From contig JAHRHZ010000002.1 in assembly GCA_024137785.1 (NCBI GenBank), forward strand, positions 10,705,263 through 10,769,262: a stretch of 64,000 nt of DNA. Direction: 5' to 3'. This DNA is from Ginglymostoma cirratum (taxonomy: Eukaryota). The stretch's first letter is position 1. Each line of letters begins with the position of its first letter. The notes beneath the pieces were generated by a model. That model saw only the letters and a program-made list of their open reading frames with translations, did not search any database and was not told where the DNA came from. The position numbers were made by a program, and so were the translations under genes. This document shows, in pieces, positions 1 to 13,060 of the stretch.

Positions 1-146
1 GGCCTAGACCCTTCTTCTGAAGAAGGATCTAGGCCCGAAACATCAGCCTTCCTGCTCCTCTGATGCTGCTTGGCCTGCTGTGTTCATCCAGCTCTACACC
101 TTGTTATCTCAGATTCTCCAGCATCTGCAGTTCCTACTATCTCTCC
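1..146 (+). mobile_element. Penelope-derived mini-element with hammerhead-like core; fold-back junction at 1-35, cut by the window edge
   Basis: CTGAAGA-AGGATCTAGGCCC-GAAACATC at 17-44. Positions 1-17 are the reverse complement of 19-35 with one mismatch. Same family as 53075-53296. Confidence 0.75.
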
Positions 147-454
147 AGCATTCGATTTGCCTTCCTTATTACTTCAGCCAGCCACAAAATAGCATGAATC
201 CAAGAGGCAACATTTTTGTTATTGATCTTTAGACGTGTGCCTCACCGATAATGTCTGTCCGCTCCTGATCTGTATCCTAATGATTTGGCAGATTTCCCAC
301 TCTGCCATTTCATCAAATCGGAGGATCAGTGCTAGTTCGATGAAGGGCAAAGGAGGGCCTGTCAAGAGCAGCACCAGGCATACCTAAAATTGAGGACGTT
401 AATCTACTACACAGGACCACCGAGATCCTAAATAGTGGGATCAGCATGCAATAG

Positions 455-815
455 CGCTTGGCCTCTCGTTGCCTTGGAAAGGCAGCCAACATTATCAAAG
501 TCCCCTCCCAACCCGGTTATAATCTCTTCCAACCTTTTCTGTCGGGCAGAAGATACAAAAGCTTAAACGCGGACCAACAGATTCAGGGACAGCTTCTTCC
601 CTGCTGTTATCAGGCTTCTGAATGGACCTCTCAAATTTCAAATTTAATGTTAATCTAGCTCTTTGTTCACCTTCTCTGCAGCACATTGTATTCCTTGCTC
701 TGTTCTATTATCCTAAAGCACTTTGTATGGTATGATCTGCCCCTACTGCACGCAAAACAAAACTCTTCACTGCACCTCGGTACATGTGACAATAATAAAT
801 TAAACCAAATCAAAA
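455..815 (+). mobile_element. Rex1/Babar-like LINE 3' end
   Basis: Matches the 3' end of the RT-bearing copy at 15620-16900 (cttttcactg...gtacatgtgacaataa tail plus AATCA repeats). Confidence 0.7.
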
Positions 816-994
816 GCTTAGTGGACCTCAGCTCGTGAACCTTCTCTGAACGGCCTCCAATGAAATAATACTTTTTCCTTCAGTAACAGGATTAAAACTG
901 CTCACAATACTCCAGATCTGGTCTCACCTGAACCTGACAGTTGCATTAAGAATTGCCTACTCTTATCCTCCATAAAATAGGATCAACATTTTGG

Positions 995-1290
995 GGGTGG
1001 CATGGTAGCTCAGTGGGTAGCACTGCTGCCTCACAGCACTGGGGACCTGGGTTCAACAGCACCCTCAGGTGACCCTCTGTGCGAAGTTTGCACATTCTCT
1101 CTGTGTCTGCAAGGGTTTTCTCCACACAGTCCAAAGATGTGCAGGTTAGGATGGATTGGCCATGCTAAATTGTGCAGGCTATTAGCCAGTCTTGGGAAAT
1201 GCATGGCAACAGTGCAATGCTCTTTAGAAGTTTAGTGCACACTTGTTGGACAAATGGCCTCTGTCTGTACTGTAAGGGATTCTGTTATTC
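995..1290 (+). mobile_element. tRNA-derived V-SINE (HE1-like)
   Basis: A/B-box head (tggtagctcagtggg...ggttcaa), V core (gtttgcacattctc...ccacagtccaaagatgtgcagg), CR1-like tail. Confidence 0.85.
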
Positions 1291-1939
1291 CAATAATCTT
1301 CCCAATTACCTGCCACACTGGTGTGCTAGCATTTTGTGTTTCAGGCAGTAGCTACCTTCCAATCCATAAGAAATGTTTCAGAGTCTGTAGAATTTTGAAA
1401 GATGAGCCGCAATGCATCCACTGTTTCTCAGGCCACTTTCTTAAGTGCAATTCGAGGACAGAGACCAGTCTAGCTCCAAATACAAAGGATATCAATATTA
1501 GTGCACAGGATGAAATTGCCACATCCCTTTCCACTTATCCAAAAAAAACCCCTTCTATCATCCTCAGGGTAACTTTTACCCTTTCCTTCAGCTCTGCGAT
1601 TGGTCAGCCAAGACATCTGAGGCCACATGAAGCTCAGCAGAGACCGTCCTAGTCCTGAGTGAGCTACCATGACAACGATAACAAGTAAAGTGCCGCATGC
1701 CCCATGCCAATTGACCCAGCCAGTGACAGCAATCAGCTTGTCCAGTCAGTGATTGGTAGAATTGGCAGTTGAGTGTGTTGTTGGCATTGATAATCTCATG
1801 AGCAGGGTTGTGAGTTAAAAAAGAATCAGCAAACAGAAGTTTTGCACTAAACACCGGTTGACAATCCCATGGAGTGAGGTGGAGTGTTGATTTAACATCT
1901 CATCCAATATTCCTGGTTGCCTTTAACAGAGACAGAGCT

Positions 1940-2285
1940 GGGGGAGGCAATGGCACCGTGGTATTATTGTGTGACTATTAATCCAGAAACACAGCCCATG
2001 GTCTGGGGACTGAGGTTCAAACCCCACCATGGCAGTTGGTGGAATTTTAATTCACTCCAGAATCTGGAATCAAGAGTTTAATAATGACCATGAAACTGTT
2101 GTCAATTGTTGGGGGGAGAACTCATCTGGGTTACTAATGTCCTTTCGGGAAGGAAACTGCCATCCTTTCCTGGTCTGGACTACATGTGAATCTAGACCCA
2201 CAGCAACGTGGTTGACTCTTAACTGTCCTCTGGGCATTTGGGAATGGGCAATAAATGCTGGTCTAGTTTGTGACACCCTCCTAGT
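1940..2285 (+). mobile_element. Second tRNA-derived SINE family (tail shared with the LINE at 13061-14018)
   Basis: tRNA-like head and gggcaataaatgctggtct tail. Other copies at about 12258-12605(+), 29290-29560(-), 30885-31165(+), 32190-32515(+), 51012-51368(-), 51880-52200(-), 54150-54918(-). Confidence 0.75.
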
Positions 2286-2489
2286 GTTTCAAGTATATGT
2301 GAATATTAGCATTGTGTTTGTAAGAGGGGATAGTCAAACTCCAACGTTTCATGTGTTTACCAGATATGCAACTGTGCAGAACCAAACTGCTTTTGTGTCA
2401 ATGTATATATGCAAAGTTATTTTTATGAATAAAGTATACTTTTGAAATTTCAAAAATGTGAATTAAAAAAAGAAATGGATGGGCATAGA

Positions 2490-2770
2490 TGGAAGGCAGC
2501 AAGTTGGCTCAATGGTTAGCACTGCTGCCTCATAGTGCCAAGAGCTTAGGTTCAATTCCAGCCTCAGGTGACTGTGTGGAGTTTGCACATTCTCCCTGTG
2601 TCTGTTTGGGTTTCCACACTCAGTCCATCAATGTGCAGGTTAAATGGATTAGGAATGTGGAGTTATGGGGGAAAGGGAGGGGAATTGAGTCTGGGTGGAA
2701 TGCCCTTCAGAAGGTCTGCATGGATTTGATGGGCCAAATAGTCTGCTTCCACACTGTAGCAATTGTATGA
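2490..2770 (+). mobile_element. V-SINE (HE1-like)
   Basis: Same head, core and tail as 995-1290. Confidence 0.8.
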
Positions 2771-3412
2771 GACTAAATCACATGTGATCCCAGCTGAAAT
2801 TCACTTTTACTCCTACCATACAGTTCCTGCCTCACACCCTCATGATGGAATTGCCTGTTCATAGAATCATAGAGTTGTACAGCACAGAAACAGACCCTTC
2901 AGTCCACCTCGTCCATGCCGACCAGATATCCTAAATAAGTCTAGCCCCATTTGCCAACATTTGGCCCATATGCCTCTAATTGTAATAGATAGCAGTGTAA
3001 TCAGCAACAAGAGCAGAAAATGCTGAAAATATTCAGCAGATCCGGCAGCAGATAATCGTGAGAGGTACGCAGAGTTAACATTACAGCTCTGTGACAAATC
3101 AACCTGGACCATTAACTTTGTTTCTCTCTCTGTAGATGCTGGCCCACTTGCTGAGTATTTCTACGATATATTCACCATTTTCACAGCACTCTGTTTCTGC
3201 ACAGCATTCAGTCCGATGCATGATGATGAGATCAGGTTCTGTAGATCCAACTGGACTGTGTAGGAGCCCGCACTGTATAAGTTGTAACCTTCAGCAAACA
3301 GACAGTTCCAAGGAATTGCTAGACTATTATGTTCAAACCTACCAAGGAACAGGGGCTTATTACGAGATTTTCAACAGGTCGAACAAAATAGGTCATAGCA
3401 CAGAGCAATTCA

Positions 3413-4060
3413 CCAAGATGACGTCAGAGTAAGACTCCTGAGCTCTGTCCATTTCTTTTCTTTTTTCTCTCTCTCGGTGTTTTCTTTTTCTCTGTCCTTT
3501 TACCTTAGGGCCTTGGGCAGCATTGGCAACATCAGGGGTGAAAGCCAACGTGGACTCCCGGTCTCAGTGTGGGCTTGAACTCCCGGCCTCAGCGTGGACT
3601 TGAACTCCCTGCCTCAGCGTGGACCCGAACTCCCTGCCTCAGCGTGGACCCGAACTCCCAGCCTCAGCGTGGACGCGAACTCCCAGCCTCAGCGTGGGCT
3701 CAAACTCCAGGCCTCAGTGTGGGCTCAAACTCCCAGCCTCAGCGTGGGCTCAAACTCCCAGCCTCAGCTTGGACTCGAACTCCAGGCCTCAGTGTGGGCT
3801 TGAACTCCAGGCCTCAGTGTGGGGTCAATCTCCCAGCCTCAAGGTAAAGCCCAGCGCAGTCTGGCTTGAAAGGCCTGCTATTCTGAACTCTTATTTCTCT
3901 ATTTTTCTAATTTATTGCTGGACTTTTTATTCCTTTACCTTTGTAATTTTTTTCCCCTAAGAATTTGTGCTTAAGAATGGTACCTGAGATGGTGCCATAA
4001 GTGGCGACTCATAAATTTTTCTCATGTGAGTACACATGACAATGAAGCTAATTCTAATTT
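3413..4060 (+). mobile_element. Non-autonomous retroposon with an internal 25-bp minisatellite and Rex1-like tail
   Basis: CCAAGATG start, pyrimidine tract, minisatellite, then a gtacacatgacaatgaag tail. Confidence 0.5.
3553..3841. repeat. 25-bp minisatellite, about 11.5 copies (consensus AACTCCCAGCCTCAGCGTGGRCTCR)
   Basis: Direct inspection. It explains the three overlapping repetitive ORFs at 3569-3960. Confidence 0.95.
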
Positions 4061-5384
4061 GGTTATTGAATAGGCCAGACAAAACAGTTTAAGGTTACAG
4101 GCAGCTAGTCAGCAGCAGGCAGCGAAGTAAGTGGGTAGCCCTGAGGCATTTGAAAGGTCACTATCCGCTGGAGAGCAAGCACTTTGGCAAAGAAAGGTCT
4201 GCCAGCCATTATACTGTTAGTGACAATGGGGCAAGGGAGTGCCCATGAGTAGGAGTGGGGTCACTCAGAGCAGCATAAACTGTACTGACGATGAGATGTT
4301 GGTGTGCCATACAGCAAATGCATTCCTAATGTCTGGGATTAAGGGAAAGCGAGGTGAATGTGTCATTGTGGTAACTCATGAGGAATAGCTTTTGAAAAGC
4401 TTTTGAACGAGAGGGAAGTTTGAACCTGTTTTAAAGTCTGTTGTGACTTTCTAGGCTGCAGTGCCACAGGTGTCAGAGTTACAGTGTTGCTGAGAATTGC
4501 ATGGGATCAGTCTTGGCCACGTTTGCGATTTGATGTGCTCTGTTTGATTGCAGTTTTGCCTCATGTTTATTCTGGATGTTAAAATATGCAAATGGTACAT
4601 ATATTGTATTACCATTCTAATTTCGTAGAGAAGAGTTTAGTTGGTTTAAAACTGAAATCTTGAGCTCTTATTCTGTTAGAAAGCACCTGTGATCTCACAA
4701 CTTTCTTGACTTTAAAAATCAAAGTTTCTGGTACCTAGCTGCAGCATAAATTTGGCAGCCTAGTCTGGGATGGTGTGTCATCTAGACTCGAACCATTAGC
4801 TTACTATCTCTCTCTCTCTCTCTCTCCACTGATACTGTCTGACCTGCTGTGATTTCCAGCACTTTTTGTTTCCAGTTGGGATTATGAGAGTCAACAGAAG
4901 GTGTAACGGTGTTAAACCAGAACAGTTTATCCGGGTGTCGTACACATTATCGAGGTCAGTAAATGGTGGGCTGTCTCTTCAAATTGTGTGTGTGAAATAA
5001 AGCCATTTTTATATGCACCCGTCAAGGTATGACTGCCCTGTCTTCTCATAGAGAGAGGTCTGCTCCTGAATCTCGTGGTGATCCGTTCCGGGTCTTTCGG
5101 TAGCCCCTAGTCTCGATGGTGAGGGTTATAAGGAGTTGTGTGATCTGAGGAAGTCACAGAACTGAGGTTTCAGCTCACAACATCCTGTTTACAACCTAGA
5201 GGGAGAGGATAGGTGGAGCTGACAGAGACAACTGTAAACCCGCTGAGTTAGCAGCACACACAATGTTACGCTCCAGACCCACCCTGGCATACTGCAGTCA
5301 AAAACAGGTGGCATTCCAGGGTTGGAAAAAAATGCATAAATAGCCCTTCTCACTTACAAGACCAGGGTTTTACACCAGTTTTTG

Positions 5385-5625
5385 TAATGCAGGAAATGCA
5401 GCAGTCAGATGTGCTGAGCAAACCCACTAACACAGGAAATGAGATAATCTGTTTTTATTAGCGATGTTAGATTAAGGGTAAATATTGACCAGGGCACCCA
5501 GGGATCGTAGTCAACATAGCCAGTGGGACCTTTTAGATCCAGCTGAGATGGGTTCTGAGGTTTGTGAAAGCTGGCACTGCTGACTGTGCAGCACTCCCTC
5601 AGCCTGGAGTTTTGTTCTTGAGAAC
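5385..5625 (-). mobile_element. Degenerate Deu-domain SINE (SacSINE1/AmnSINE1-like)
   Basis: Minus strand reads GAGGGAGTGCTGCAC...CCTGGTCAATATTTACCCT...AAAAACAGATTATCT, matching the Deu-core pattern recalled from memory. Confidence 0.6.
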
Positions 5626-5684
5626 TTGAGTGGGATTGGATCATTTTAATGCATCCAACCAAATGTCCCTGGCATTCACCTTAT

Positions 5685-6015
5685 TGGCACCACTGCCTCC
5701 CAGCACCAGGGACCCAGGTTTGATTCCACCCTCAGATGACTGTGTGTTTGTGTGTGTGTGTGTGTGTGTGCGCGTGTGCGCAGAGTTTGCATGTCCTCCC
5801 TGTGTCTGCACGGGTTTCCTCCGGATGCTCCGGTTTCCTCCTACAGCCCAAAGATGTGCAGGTTAGGGTGGATAGGCCATGCTAAATTGCCCATAGTGTC
5901 CAGGGATGTGTAGCCTGGGTGGGTTAGCCATGGGAAATGCAGGGATATACATTAGGTGGGCTGCTCTTCAGGTGGTCAACGGGCTGAATGGTCTGCTTAC
6001 ACACTGTAGGGATTA
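5685..6015 (+). mobile_element. V-SINE (HE1-like) with internal (TG)n expansion
   Basis: V core, with TG microsatellite at about 5741-5780. Confidence 0.85.
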
Positions 6016-9000
6016 AATTCCTCTGGTAATAAAGGATGGTACCAGATTAGCTTTACATGCTGCGCCTGCATTTGTGATTCACGGACTGGAACACCCAAAT
6101 CCCCCTGCATCCTGGAATTCCCATGTGTTCTCCCATTTAAATGTATTCTGCATTTTCACGCATTCTACCAACTTCAGCAACTTCACATTTTCCCACATTG
6201 TATTCCATCAGCCAGAATTTTGACCACTCACTCAACAAATCCATAGCCATCTGCAATGTCTTTATGTCTTCCTCATGACCTGCTTTACAACTTCACTTGA
6301 TGTTACAATTTAACTTGTCTGCCATGACTTTGCTCCTCTCATCTTAGTCATTAATGTAAGTTATAAAAGGTTCAGGGTCCAACGCAGACTCCTGCAGAAC
6401 TCCATTCATTGCCACCTGCCATTAGATAAAGATTCAGTTATACATATACGCTTTGGTTTCTGCTAACCAGCCAACCATCTATCAATGCTAAAGTGCTACT
6501 CTAGCACCATGGCTTTTAATTTTCCACAATAACCTTTGATATACTGTTAACCTGATCCAATCAGGGAGCCCTGGCTGACAGGCATAAAGTGGAGTGTCAG
6601 AGGTTCTGTTCACTCTGATGGACTGGCTCTGAGGAAGCTGGGCCAGCATTAAGTATGTGCACGTGTAAATAAAGGGAGACTTGGTGACAGGATACCGGCC
6701 TCTGTGGAGTTATCTCAGAGGCGATGAGTGAAAAAAAAATGTTCCTGAAGAAATTCCCTTCCAACAGTCATCTTTGAATAGAGGTAATCATTTCGTCCAT
6801 CATGCTGTTATTTGGGAAGCTTGACATGTTGGATCCTGATGTGGAAAGAATGCATTATTTTTTCTAGTGCGAACGACATTGGGGCAGATGAAGAGCAATG
6901 AGTAATTCTCCTGACAGCTTGTGGACCCTCAGCTTTTTCGGTTATTAGGAGCCTTACTTTTCCGGAGGTATCAGATACAAAAATCTTTCAAGAGTTGATG
7001 GATTCAACTAAGGAATATTATGAGCCCAAGACTCCTCTAATTCCGAGACACTTGGTTTTACTCAGCAGTTTGAGAACTGGGGGGAATCCATGTCAGGATT
7101 TTTAACTTGGTTAAGATAACTGGCAGAGTCATGTGATTTTGGTTTAACCCTAAATGAGATGCTGTGAGACTGTTTAGTAAGCGGGATTAATAATGCAGCC
7201 ATGCAAAAGTGCCGACTACCTGAATATCAATTGGACTTCCAACAAGTACTACACCTGGCTTTGTCACTGGAAAATGTGGCAAGTGGAGTATATGAGTTAC
7301 AGGGTATGCATGTACCTGCTGGGCCGACTAGGCTTGGGGGCACACCACTTGAGTGAAGCCAATTGCACAGCCTCACTCAGGGCATATCCTGACCAGACGG
7401 ACTCCAGGTTAGCCCACAGCAAAACCCCAAAACAAAGCCAAGCCTTAACATTTTCTTCAGGATTCGGGCCAGCGAGCCATTATAGATGCGAGCTCCAGAC
7501 AGCAGAAGAGTCCCACTAGGCCTGATTTGAGTAAGAGAACTCATAGGCCGGTATCCAGGAGAGGGCACACCCTGGAAAACCCACCTACACCTGGCTTGGA
7601 ATAGTTCAAATGCTTAGCAACATCCAAATTAGAACCAATCAAAATAAATGTCTGGTTAACTGGTCACCCAATGGTGTTTGATACGGGCAGGGCCGTTTCA
7701 GTGTTTGCAGAACCAGTCTTTAACAAAATTCGCTTTTGACTCCAACTCTTAAGTCTGCGTAAGACCTTGGCTAGACTGAGAAGCTATACCAGGGAACCTC
7801 TATAGATTAAGGTTACAGCTTTGGTTCCAGTCTCTTCCAACTGGGTCAGTTACCAGTGATTGTAGTAAAAGGCTCGGGCCCAAGCCTGATGGGACAATTT
7901 TGGTTGAAAAAGATTCATTGAGATTGGCTCAACATTTTTCAATTAGAAAATGGCTGCCTTTGAATGAAGTCCTAATTAAAAAGCCAGAGGTTTTTCAGGA
8001 AGGTCTAGGTACTATCAAAGGAGCCAAAGCCACCTTGCTTGTTGATTGGGAAGCAATTCCGTGATTCTGCAAGGCTCGTCCAGTGCCATTTGCCTTACGA
8101 GCAAACGTAGAGGCAGAAGTTAGTGAGCTGGAAAGTGAAGGAATCACCAAACTAGTCCAGTTTGCGGGAGAACTGATTGTGAAATCTGACAGGTTGGTTC
8201 ACCTTTGTGGAGATTTTAAACAAACAGTGAACCACTTCTCGCAGCTCAATACATACCGAATCCCTTGCATAGAGAATTTATACACGAAGCTGGCAGGGGG
8301 CACCTATCCTTCACGAAAATGGACATGAGCCATGCCTATCTGCAATTGTGGTTAGATGAGGATTCCCAGAAGTATGCTACAGTTAATGCCTGTAAGTGTT
8401 TGTACCAATACACGACAATGGCATTTAGGCTATCATCAGTCTATGGCATTCTCCAGCGGAATGTGGAGAACATTTTATAACATCTACCCCAGTTTGCCAT
8501 TTATCTATATGATGTGCTAATAATGAGGAAGACCAATAAGGAGCATTTAGAAAACTTGGACGTAGTCCTTACACGTTTCTCCAAGGCGGGCGTATGCCTT
8601 GGGAAGGAAAAATATGTGTTCCAGGCGCCCCAAGTGACCTACTTGGACTATAGAGTCAACAAGACCGGGTTATACACATTGGAAGATAAAGTGAGGGTGA
8701 TCAAAGGTGGCCTGGCTCCCATCTCGGGACCAGAGCTTAGGTCTTTCCTTGGACTGGTGATTTATTATGGAAAGTTCATGCATAACCTGGCCTCCATCCT
8801 GATACCCTCGCATCCGCCCAGACTTGGAAATAGCCTCGTAGCCAAGATGCAGCCTTGAGGGACGTGAAGAAGTGAGATGTGGTGCTGACATGTGATAACG
8901 ACCATGTACAGTATTGGGGTCATATTGGCGCGATGAAGAGGAATGCCCAATAACGTATGCTTCTCTTGGCTGATACAGTGTGCAAGTATGCCCAGATAGA

Positions 9001-9783
9001 GAAGGAAGGGTCGGCAGTCATCTTTGGTGTGAGAATGTTCCATCAATACCTTGACAAACATAAATCTGTATTAGCACAGACCGCAAACCCCTGCTAGGGC
9101 TACTCATACAGGACAAGGCTGTGCTGTCCATAGCTTCAGGTCAAATTCAGTGGGGGGCTCTCATTCGAAGTGATACAATTACAAGCTGGAACACCACCCG
9201 AGGGGCCAAGTAGCAAACATGGATGCCTTGAGCTGCTTCCCACTGGCAGATACACCACTGACGATGCTGCCATTTGAAGGATCATTCTGGTTTTAAACAT
9301 TTTAGGCACACTGCTGGTCACCACTGACAATATCAGGCTGTGGATGCAAAAAAAAATCCAGTGCTGGCAAAACTGAAACATCTGGTGGTGATGGGGGAAG
9401 CAAAAGGACAGTCACAACCAGAATCGAAACACTTTTTTGAACCCGGAGAGACCAGGTCATAGCAGAAGATGGAATTTTATTGAGGGGAGTGGCAGTGACT
9501 GCCCCGAGCAAAGGTCGCTGCCAGATCCTGGCTGAACTCCACCAGGGGTCATCCTGGGGTGTTCAAAATGAAGATGTTGGCGAGAAGTTCTGTTCGGTGG
9601 CCAGGATTGGATGCTGGCGTAGCTGCGTTGGTGGTGCAGTGCCCAAAGTGCCAGCAAGGGCAAAAATTACTGACAGCAGCTCCCTCATTTCCGTGGGAAT
9701 GACCGGGTAAACCTTAGACTCGGTTACATGTTGACTATGCACTGCCCTTTTGCGGGCTCATTGCAGGCGCCCACTCGAAGTGG

Positions 9784-10563
9784 TTGGACGGGCATAGATT
9801 CCATTCGTCAAACATGGGGACAATTACAGAAAACCTGCGCACATCCTTTGCAATACACAGACTCCCTGAAGTGTCGGCCATAGACAAAGGGCCATCGTTT
9901 ACCAATGGGGAGTTTGAGTATTTCCAAAGGCCGAGTTGCATTCATTATATAAGGACAACTCCATACCATCCATCATCTATTGGTCTGGCAGAAACATTGA
10001 AGGCCGGCTTAATGAGACAGCCTACAGCTTTGCTCGATACCAAACTGTCCCAGTTCCTGTTTGATTATAGGACCGCCCCTCATATAAGTGCAGGAATAGC
10101 TCCAGCAGAGTTACTGATGGGGAGCAGACTTCCTGGGCCTGGGGGGAATGTGAAATGGCACCAGGAACTACAATGCTGGACAAAAGACTGTGCTAAGCCA
10201 GAGACACAGTTTACTTCAGGGGACCAACTTTGGTGTAGTAACCACGGGAATAGTCCTGCAGGGTTAAGAGGCACGGTCAACGCAAGGTCATGTCTAGTGA
10301 CTTATAAAGTTTGTGTAGGTGCGACGGTGTTGAACAAGCACAGGGACCATATGAAAGCTGCAAACTCACAAATGGTGCAGGAGCAAACCGTGCCGGCCTC
10401 CTCAATTTTTTCTCCAACTGTGTTTTCTCAGAACTCATGGGGTCCCCTTTTCCGTCAAGTGTTGAGGGTTCCCTGGAATGCAATGGATGTTGCCGCTTTG
10501 ATGGCTTTGCTGCCTGTAGGGAAGAATGAATTTCTTCCCAGATGCTCTGGATGTGAGAGGTGA
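9784..10563 (+). pseudogene. Gypsy integrase remnant
   Basis: rve-core motifs (IDKGPSFT, YHPSSIGLAE, YRTAPH). Part of the dead element. Confidence 0.85.
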
Positions 10564-10684
10564 GCTACTGCGCATTGCACAACACCCGTATCTGAGGCAG
10601 TGTTGGAGGAACCTGACTTGGTACTAAAATGCCCCAGGAGGAGGTACACTAAAAAGAACTGGCCCATGTCCTCAGGAGGAAGAA

Positions 10685-10917
10685 TGTATTGATTGTAACA
10701 AGGTCAGCCAGCTGGACCTTGTAGAATAGGAGTTCCCTGATTGGGCTTTTAATCTGGTCCAATCAGGGAGCCCTGGCTGACAGATATAAACAGGAGTGCC
10801 AGAGGTTCTGTTCACTCAAAGAGCTGGCTCTGAGGGAGCTGGATCAATGTCAAATATCACGCACATATAAATAAAGGGTGACTTGGTGATGGGATACCAG
10901 CTTCTGTGGAGTTCTTC
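10685..10917 (+). repeat. 3' LTR of the Gypsy element
   Basis: Begins with TG after the PPT, contains TATAAA and AATAAA, and is similar to 6544-6717. Confidence 0.85.
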
Positions 10918-13060
10918 TGAAGAAGGACCGCTGGACCTGAAACAATTTCTCTCCACTGATGCTGTTGGATCTGCTGAGATTTTCTAGCAAGTTCTGTTTT
11001 TGTTTCAGATTTCCAGCCTTTTCAGTTCTTTTGATTTATTGACCCGATATTTCTTCCTGTATACTTTTCCATCCATTGTGTTAGGGGCCCTGTATACCAT
11101 TTCCACTGGTGACTTCTTACCCCTACTATTCCTCAACTCGAACCAAACAGATTCGACATGTGATCTCATGAACTAAGGTCATTGCTATCAACTGCACAAA
11201 TATGATCAATTAAAGTGTGACCTTTACCTAGCCTCCTATTTTTCTTGAATAAATCATATCCCTCAATATTCAAGATGCAATTCTCAAAAGCTTTGATGGT
11301 TATCAATTTATATTTATTTATTTCAATATATGTCTTAGCAATTTGTTTCTTTTGTTACAAATGCTATGCACATTCAGATACAGACCCTTTTGTTTTGGCT
11401 TTTTGTTATCTTTGTAGCATCTAGTCTTGATTGTTGGTGTATTCTTAAGTTTTATCTTACTGCCCCTTCCTGCCTTCTCTGATGCTCCTTTCCCACATCA
11501 CAATTTTCCTCCCTTATGTGATCTCTGCTTTTTGATTTGTCACATGTTTCCACACTCAACAATGGTGCTAAATCATGCCTTGTGAACGATTTAGGTGATT
11601 CCATCTTTTCCAGAGCAGGGAAATCTCTGATGTACACTTTTCTGAATCACCTACTTCCTTTGGCGGGGATAATCCTAAGGTTTTGGAGCAGATTTGTAGC
11701 TCCGGTTGTCGGTGTTGAGGTTGGTTGGCTCACCGAGCTGGTTCGTTGCTCTGCAGACATTTCATTATCCTGCTGGGTAACATCATCAGTGGAGCCTCTA
11801 ATGAAGTGCTGTTGTGTTTTCCTGCCTGTTATTAAACCTGGTGTTCATTGAGCTGGATTACCTCATGACCAGTTTTCCTTCACAATGGAGTGGAATAATC
11901 CTCCCAGAGACACAGAGTGGCTTTAGGTCTTCCAGAGGAACCTCTAGTATGGTCTTTGTTGCTGGGAACATCCAAGAAAAACTTTGAGAGCAACACGAGA
12001 AACTGTTTGTTGCGTTCCTGGGTCTGACCAAAGTACTCAACTCACTAAACCGTGAGGATCTAGATGGTTCTCCAGAGATTCTGATTTCAAGAAACCCTAT
12101 TGCAATGTTGCAAATGCTTCAGGATGATATGACTACAATTGTATTAAGTGTGAAGGTCTTCACTCTGGACTGGTGTATGATAGCCCTCAAGTGGTTTGCC
12201 ATCAACCTAACAGTGGCAATGCACCTTCAATTGCACTATGGAGACAAAAAATAAACTGAGGAGGTGATGGTCTAGTGGTATTATTGCTCGTTTATTAATC
12301 CAGAGATGCAGGTTATCTTCTAGGGACCTGGGTTCAAATCCTGCCAAGGCAGATGGTGAGATTTGAACTCAATCAAATCTAGAACTAAGGGTCGAATGAT
12401 GATCGTGAAACTGTTGCTGGCTGTTGGACAAACTGACATGATTCACTGAGTCTTTTTTGGGAAGGAAATCTATTGTCTTTACCTTGTCCAGTCTACGCGT
12501 GACTCCAGACTCACAGCAATGCGGCTGACTCGCAACTACTCTCTGGGCAATTAGGGATGGACAATAAATACTGGCCTCGCCTGCAACACCCACATCCTGT
12601 GGATGTATACAAAACTTGAGCACTGTCCAGATGGAAAACTCTTCAACTTCCATTGTTGCCATGTGAAAACTGACCATCATTGATACAGATGATTGACAGT
12701 TTGCAGATGACTGCACTAAATTTGCAAGCTACTCAAATCTCTACAATTCTGCAAATGTGGGACTCAGACCATTCTTGAATGTTCCCAACAATAAAACTCA
12801 TATTATTCCAGACCTGGTCACTCAAACATTCCACCTCACATCTACACTGAAGGTGAGACTCTGAAATACTGAGCACTTCCCATACCTTGGCAGCTATATC
12901 TCTCAAAGGACCACTGAGGAAGAGATCCAACACGAGCTGCATAAACTAAAATTTACAGCGGCGAGTGTTTGACAACAAAGGGATCTACAAAGGCAGCGCA
13001 GTGTCTCAGTGGTTAGCACTGCTGCCTGACAGGGATCCAGCTTTGATTCCAGCCTTGGGC

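Larger units (their letters stand above)
6544..10917 (+). mobile_element. Degenerate Ty3/Gypsy LTR retrotransposon (Mag-like)
   Basis: 5' LTR remnant 6544-6717 matches the 3' LTR 10685-~10917. PBS-like gaggcgatgag at 6718 and PPT aggaggaagaa before 10685. Fragments of gag, protease (VFDTGRAVSV), RT (LCGDFKQTVN, FTKMDMSHAYLQ, YLYDVL, ELRSFLGLV), RNase H and integrase (YHPSSIGLAE, FLFDYRTAPH, GIAPAELLMG), in PR-RT-RH-IN order with many stops and frameshifts. Confidence 0.93.

Noticed and set aside
995-1075. tRNA genes at SINE heads
   Set aside because: A/B-box heads run on into SINE core and tail; no complete cloverleaf.
3553-3841. Regular 25-bp repeats as a CRISPR array or repeat protein
   Set aside because: Head-to-tail units with no unique spacers, in a vertebrate context. 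The ORFs are open in several frames only because of the repeat.
4060-5185. Possible solo-LTR remnants
   Set aside because: Only weak hints (TG/CA ends, a PBS-like string near 4752); no second copy or TSD to confirm.
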